Positions 59,239-64,000 of a stretch of 64,000 nucleotides of DNA are shown here, in pieces. Where the stretch lies: the NCBI GenBank assembly GCA_964252035.1, contig OZ176201.1; one strand, written 5' to 3'. A program made the translations under genes and the position numbers. The notes beneath the pieces were generated by a model. The model ran no database searches. It saw only the letters and a program-made list of their open reading frames with translations, and was not told the DNA's origin. How positions within the stretch are numbered: position 1 is the stretch's first letter; each line of letters opens with the position of its first letter. The stretch is from Podarcis erhardii (Eukaryota).

Positions 59239-62200
59239 TAAAATCAAGAAGAAGCTTGGCAGAATAAAGGCCACAAGAGGTGGGAGAAGGTGGGGAGGAA
59301 TTTTCATAAGTGTGGGGCCACCACTGAAAAGGCTTCGTACAGACCAACCTGATTTACCTTAGTGGCAGGCTAAAGACCAGAGTCTCTGAAGCCCAGGTGG
59401 GTTCACTGTTCAGGCTTTAATGGTTAGTACTCCTAGTGTTTTAATTGTGCATGGATATCAATGGGTAACACAATGGGTGTCCCACTCCCCAGTGTACCCT
59501 TTGCTGTCTTCCATCTAACTGGATTTCTGTCATTAGCTTGTGAACAAAAAAACTGGTCCTTTCACAGGGCACAATGTGTTTTCTTGTGCTGAGATACAAT
59601 GCGGTCCCCTAGGGATCCTTGCCAGTATACAAGTCTTCCCAATAAACACACACACATCATAATGAAGTGCATTTTGCTAATTACTATACTAAAATTAATG
59701 GTCCTCAGATTATCAAACATTCCCTAGTCAAAACATCAGTGTAATAAAGTTATATTTCACCACATCTTCATTTTCCCTAGTGAGTAATTAAAATATTAAA
59801 GTAGGCTTCAGATGTGCTAAGTGATCATTTCAGTATATCAGCAAGGCTTGTTTTGATGAGTCTTTGAATTTTTAATATTGGGAAATCTTATAATCAGTGT
59901 ATGCATTAACTTTATACTCTGCATAGTTTTTAACGGGTTGTGCAGAACATAAATAACCAGGGAAACATATAATCTCTGCATCATGTTCTCTCTGTCAATA
60001 AGGCACAGCTCATGAGTGGGAACCTTCAGGTGTTGTGGATTCTAACACCCATCATTCCCAGTTAGCATGGCCAATGGTCAAGGATTATGAGGACCTGTAA
60101 AAGACTTGCAAAAAACAGTGGGTTAAAAAATAAAAAAGTATGTGCAGTGCCTAGCCCTTCCAGCAGCCCACTGAGGAGTGCCTTGCCAACTGAAGTAGGG
60201 GTTGTAATGGATGGCACTCAGCCAAACCTCGCCATGCACACAAGGAAACTTCACCACACAGTGTGCTTCAGTACACCCACAGCTGGATAACATCCAATTC
60301 TATGTTGGATACCCCCCCCCACCTTTCTGCATTATCTGAGGATTGCGAAAACAGGAGGAAATTGTGAGCTGCCACTTGAACGAACACAACACTGTGTGGA
60401 TGACATGAAAAACATGCGCATACATTGAATCCATTTTAAACTTCCATGTATGTGAAGCTATTCTGTTCCTCAAGCTGATAAACTGTTGTGTGAAGAATAT
60501 TTGCTACAACGAATACCTTTTGTGTGCCGGTCTCCTTGTGGGGAAACAATGACTCCTTGGGGACAATACAGTGTCAAGTTACAATGTGGAAGTATGTTTC
60601 GTTGATTTCTGTATTTATTTTAGAAGTAAACTGGCTGATGTCCACATAGTGGTGCTCTTTGACTGAGGCCCATTTTCCAGCACTGTAGAACTGAGAGTGA
60701 CTTGAGAAAAAACAACAACCCCAATTCTTTTAACTGTATATGTTGTATTTCATGCCTGACAAGCTCACATTTCCCAGTTAGAAAATGAAGGGAAAAAAGC
60801 TCAGCATATTTCTCATTATGATTTAAGCCTGCAACTCTGTAACACTTGTCTGAGAGTAAGTCCCACAAACCTCAATGCCAAACAACAACAACAACAATTT
60901 ATACGCCACATTGCCAGACAAATATGCTCAAAGTGGCTCGCAATAGAAAAATGCAAATCAATAAATCATTAGAATAACAAATACTAAATTATTTCAAAAC
61001 ACAAGACAATCCAACAAATAACTCAAGTTGATTATATAAACATTCTAACATTTTAAAGTCATCAAATGATCAATCATTAAAACATATCCATTTATGAAAA
61101 ATACGTTGAACATTTCAATGCTATATACATTGTGAGTATACATGCCTAGGATTGCATTGTAAGTCTTGATGAATCTAACCCTGAAAGTTAGCACACTTTA
61201 GTTACTGGTTTTCCAGCAAAATCACCCATATCTGTGGGATGTGAGGCAACCCACTCCAGATCTTTGATCTATACTTCCTTATACAATAATGCCTCTCAGA
61301 GTGTAAGAACTGCCGTGAGACCAATTTCTCTCAAAGAAAGATGCTTTTACACATCCCTGGAAAGGAACAGAATAAGAGCAAAAGTTAAAAACAATTAGAT
61401 GCTCTGACAGAATCCCTATTTCTCCATCCATTAAGAAGAAACATTATAGGAAATAGCAGTACAAAATAACAACATTTGAATGATAGAAAGATAGCTCATA
61501 TTAGCAGTAATGCACTTTCTGCTTTCACCTTGCAAGTAGTATCTGAGCACAGCAAGGAAGTTCAAGCAAAGGGGGTGAGCTGCAGAGAATAAAAATAACA
61601 GGGCAGATTCAACAACCCAGTTCTGCTAAGAGAAACCTGTGCAAGGACTTTCGTTAGCGCAACAAGGGTTCCCCCATGCACCCCCAATTGTCTTGTGGAG
61701 GGCTAGGAGAACCCCCAGAACCACACAGGGGTAGGAGAGCAGGGATCATTCTGCCTGGCAGGCAGAAATGATTGTGTTGACCAAACAATTGCCATAGAGC
61801 TACATTGAATCCCTCCGCCCCCCCCAAAAAAAAATCCCCAAAGGGAAACAAAGATCATGGTTAAAAGTATGCATTGATGAACAATTTCACAGACACGCAA
61901 ACTTAATTTTTGCAACCTTGTATTTGCTGAAGAAATTGCAACCAAATGCAAGAGCAAAATGAACAAGCCCCCAAAGTGAATGCCACCGTTGATTGTAGCT
62001 GTATCTCAGCAACAGACTGTTCAATTTTTTAAACACGAGTGAGGACACATGAATGACTAGGAAAACATAAAAAATACTTAAGCCACTCAAAGCAAGGAAA
62101 TGCAGACATCTATTTCATGCCCTACATTTTTCACTGTTTTGCTGAACTTGCTTGCATATACGTTCATATGAAATGAGTGGAGAATCTCCACAAATACTGC

Positions 62201-62357
62201 AAACATTCACAGGGAGGAAGGGTGCAAAAATACAGCATTTGCCTAATCAATATGTAAGACTCCAAGTGATGTCAGGGAACTTGCATAGATTGACAGCATA
62301 ATCAGGAATCTTTGGACCCTGCATAGTCACTCTGCATAGGGTGACTAACTGGGACTA

Positions 62358-63807
62358 CAGTGGTGCCCCGCAAGACGAATGCCTCGCAAGACGGAAAACC
62401 CGCTAGACGAAAGGGTTTTCCGTTTTGGAGGCGCTTCGCAAAACGAATTTCCCTATGGGCTTGCTTCGCAAGAAGAAAGCCAATAGGGAAATCTCCGGGG
62501 ACCTCTTTTAAATGCTAGCGGTGGGGAGCAAAGCCTTTTCCCCCCCTCCAGCCTTCAGAAGAGGTCCAGGAAGGCCGGCGGGGGCCGAAAGGCTTTGCTC
62601 CCCACCGCCAGCATTTTAAAAGCAGTCCGGGATAGCAGGGAAGCGCTTCCCGCTATCCCGGATGGCTTTTGAAGGCAGGCAGGGGGGAGCAAAGACTTTT
62701 GCCCCCCGCCCGCCTTCAGAAGAGGTCCTGGACCTCTTCTGAAGGCGGGCGGGGGGCAAAAGTCTTTGCTCCCCCCTGCCTGCTTTCCGGGAGAGCGGAG
62801 AAACGCTTTCTCCGCTTTCCCGGACGGCTTTTGAAGGCAGGCAGCGGGGGGGGGGGGGAGCAAAGACTTTCGCCCCCCACCGGCCTTCAGAAGAGTCCTG
62901 GACCTCTTCTGAAGGCGGGCGGGGGGCAAAAGTCTTTGCTCCCCCCCGCCGCCGCCTGCCTTCCCGGGAGAGCGGAGAAACGCAGCGCTGCGTTTCTCCG
63001 CTCTCCCGGGAAGGCAGGCAGGGGGGACAAAGACTTTCGCCCCCCACCGGCCTTCAGAAGAGGTCCAGGACCTCTTCTGAAGGCCGGTGGGGGGCGAAAG
63101 TCTTTGTCTCCCCTGCCTGCCTTCCGGGGGCTTTTAAATCGCCCCGGGACAGCGGAAAATTCCTCCGCTGCCCCGGGGCGATTTTAAAATGCTGGCGGGC
63201 AGCAGCGCTGCCGCCCGCCAGCATTTTAAGATCACCCCAGACAGCGGAGGAATTTTCCGCTGTCCCAGGGTTTTTAAAATGCTGGTGGGCGGCAGCGAAG
63301 GCTTCGCTGCCGCCCGCCAGCATTTTAAAATCGCCCCGGGAGCGGAGAAGTCTCCGCTGTCTGGGGTGATCTTAAAATGCTGGCAGGCGGCAGCGCTGCT
63401 GCCCGCGAAGCCTTCGCTGCCGCCCACCAGCATTTTAAAAACCCCGGGACAGCGGAAAATTCCTCCGCTGTCTGGGGTGATCTTAAAATGCTGGCGGGCG
63501 GCAGCGCTGCTGCCCGCCAGCATTTTAAAATCGCCCCGGGGCAGCGGAGGAATTTTCCGCTGTCCCGGGGCGATTTAAAAGCCCCCGGGAAGGCAGGCAG
63601 GGGGGACAAAGACTTTCGCCCCCCACCGGCCTTCAGAAGAGGTCGGGGGACAGACTGTCCCCGGACCTGGTCTGAAGGCGGTTTCCATAGGAACGCATTA
63701 ATTGATTTTTAATGCATTCCTATGGGAAACCGTGCTTCGCAAGACGAAAAACTCGCAAGACAAAAGACTTGCGGAACGAATTAATTTCGTCTTGCGAGGC
63801 ACCACTG
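62358..63807. mobile_element. Tigger/pogo-type MITE, 1450 bp, with an internal nested-palindrome array
   Basis: TIRs CAGTGGTGCCCCGCAAGACGAA and TTCGTCTTGCGAGGCACCACTG; TA TSDs (62356-62357, 63808-63809); subterminal CGCAAGACGA repeats. Confidence 0.92.
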
Positions 63808-64000
63808 TAATGCCTAATCTGAATGCACACAATTGCCACTGTTTACTGTGCTCAATTATCTGCTCAGTAGAAATTAGCCATACATTCTACATTTATTGCC
63901 TCAAAGTAATTAGTGATGTCCACATTTGTCTTTGTTTTCATATTATATTTCCTGGGAATTATTGAATTAGCTATTACTGACTCCCCCCACCCCAATCAGA

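Noticed and set aside
62555-63712. Ten overlapping ORFs of 90-170 aa, and a superficially CRISPR-like repeat array
   Set aside because: Open on both strands because the GC-rich palindromic modules lack stops; no unique spacers, no cas genes, eukaryotic MITE context
27253-64000. Exons of expected neighbours (CACNA2D3) or a second opsin
   Set aside because: No matching peptide or CpG-island promoter recognised by eye; probably outside the window, but a tBLASTn is needed to exclude small exons

Overview
Vertebrate nuclear DNA from a squamate, most likely a lacertid lizard (five Sauria SINEs with the (ACCTTT)n tail, plus Bov-B, CR1, L2, L1 and many MITEs). Two complete multi-exon genes, assembled by hand on the minus strand, are missed or fragmented by the ORF track. 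(1) SELENOK: 5 coding exons, 1705-7745, 95 aa, in-frame UGA-Sec at 3179-3181, a hand-folded type II SECIS at about 1509-1580 and a CpG-island promoter. (2) Parapinopsin: 4 exons, 12220-25587, 345 aa, with retinal Lys284 and Glu at bovine positions 113 and 181. No other protein-coding gene was recognised; 26-64 kb is a repeat-rich intergenic region. The most unusual items are: a 1.45-kb Tigger/pogo-type MITE filled with nested hairpins (62358-63807); a hAT MITE family carrying telomere-type CCCTAA motifs (28924, 42814); the splice-dependent Sec-recoding layout of SELENOK; and several nested transposon insertions. There are two assembly gaps. All calls are by eye. Family names rest on remembered consensus sequences and need database confirmation.
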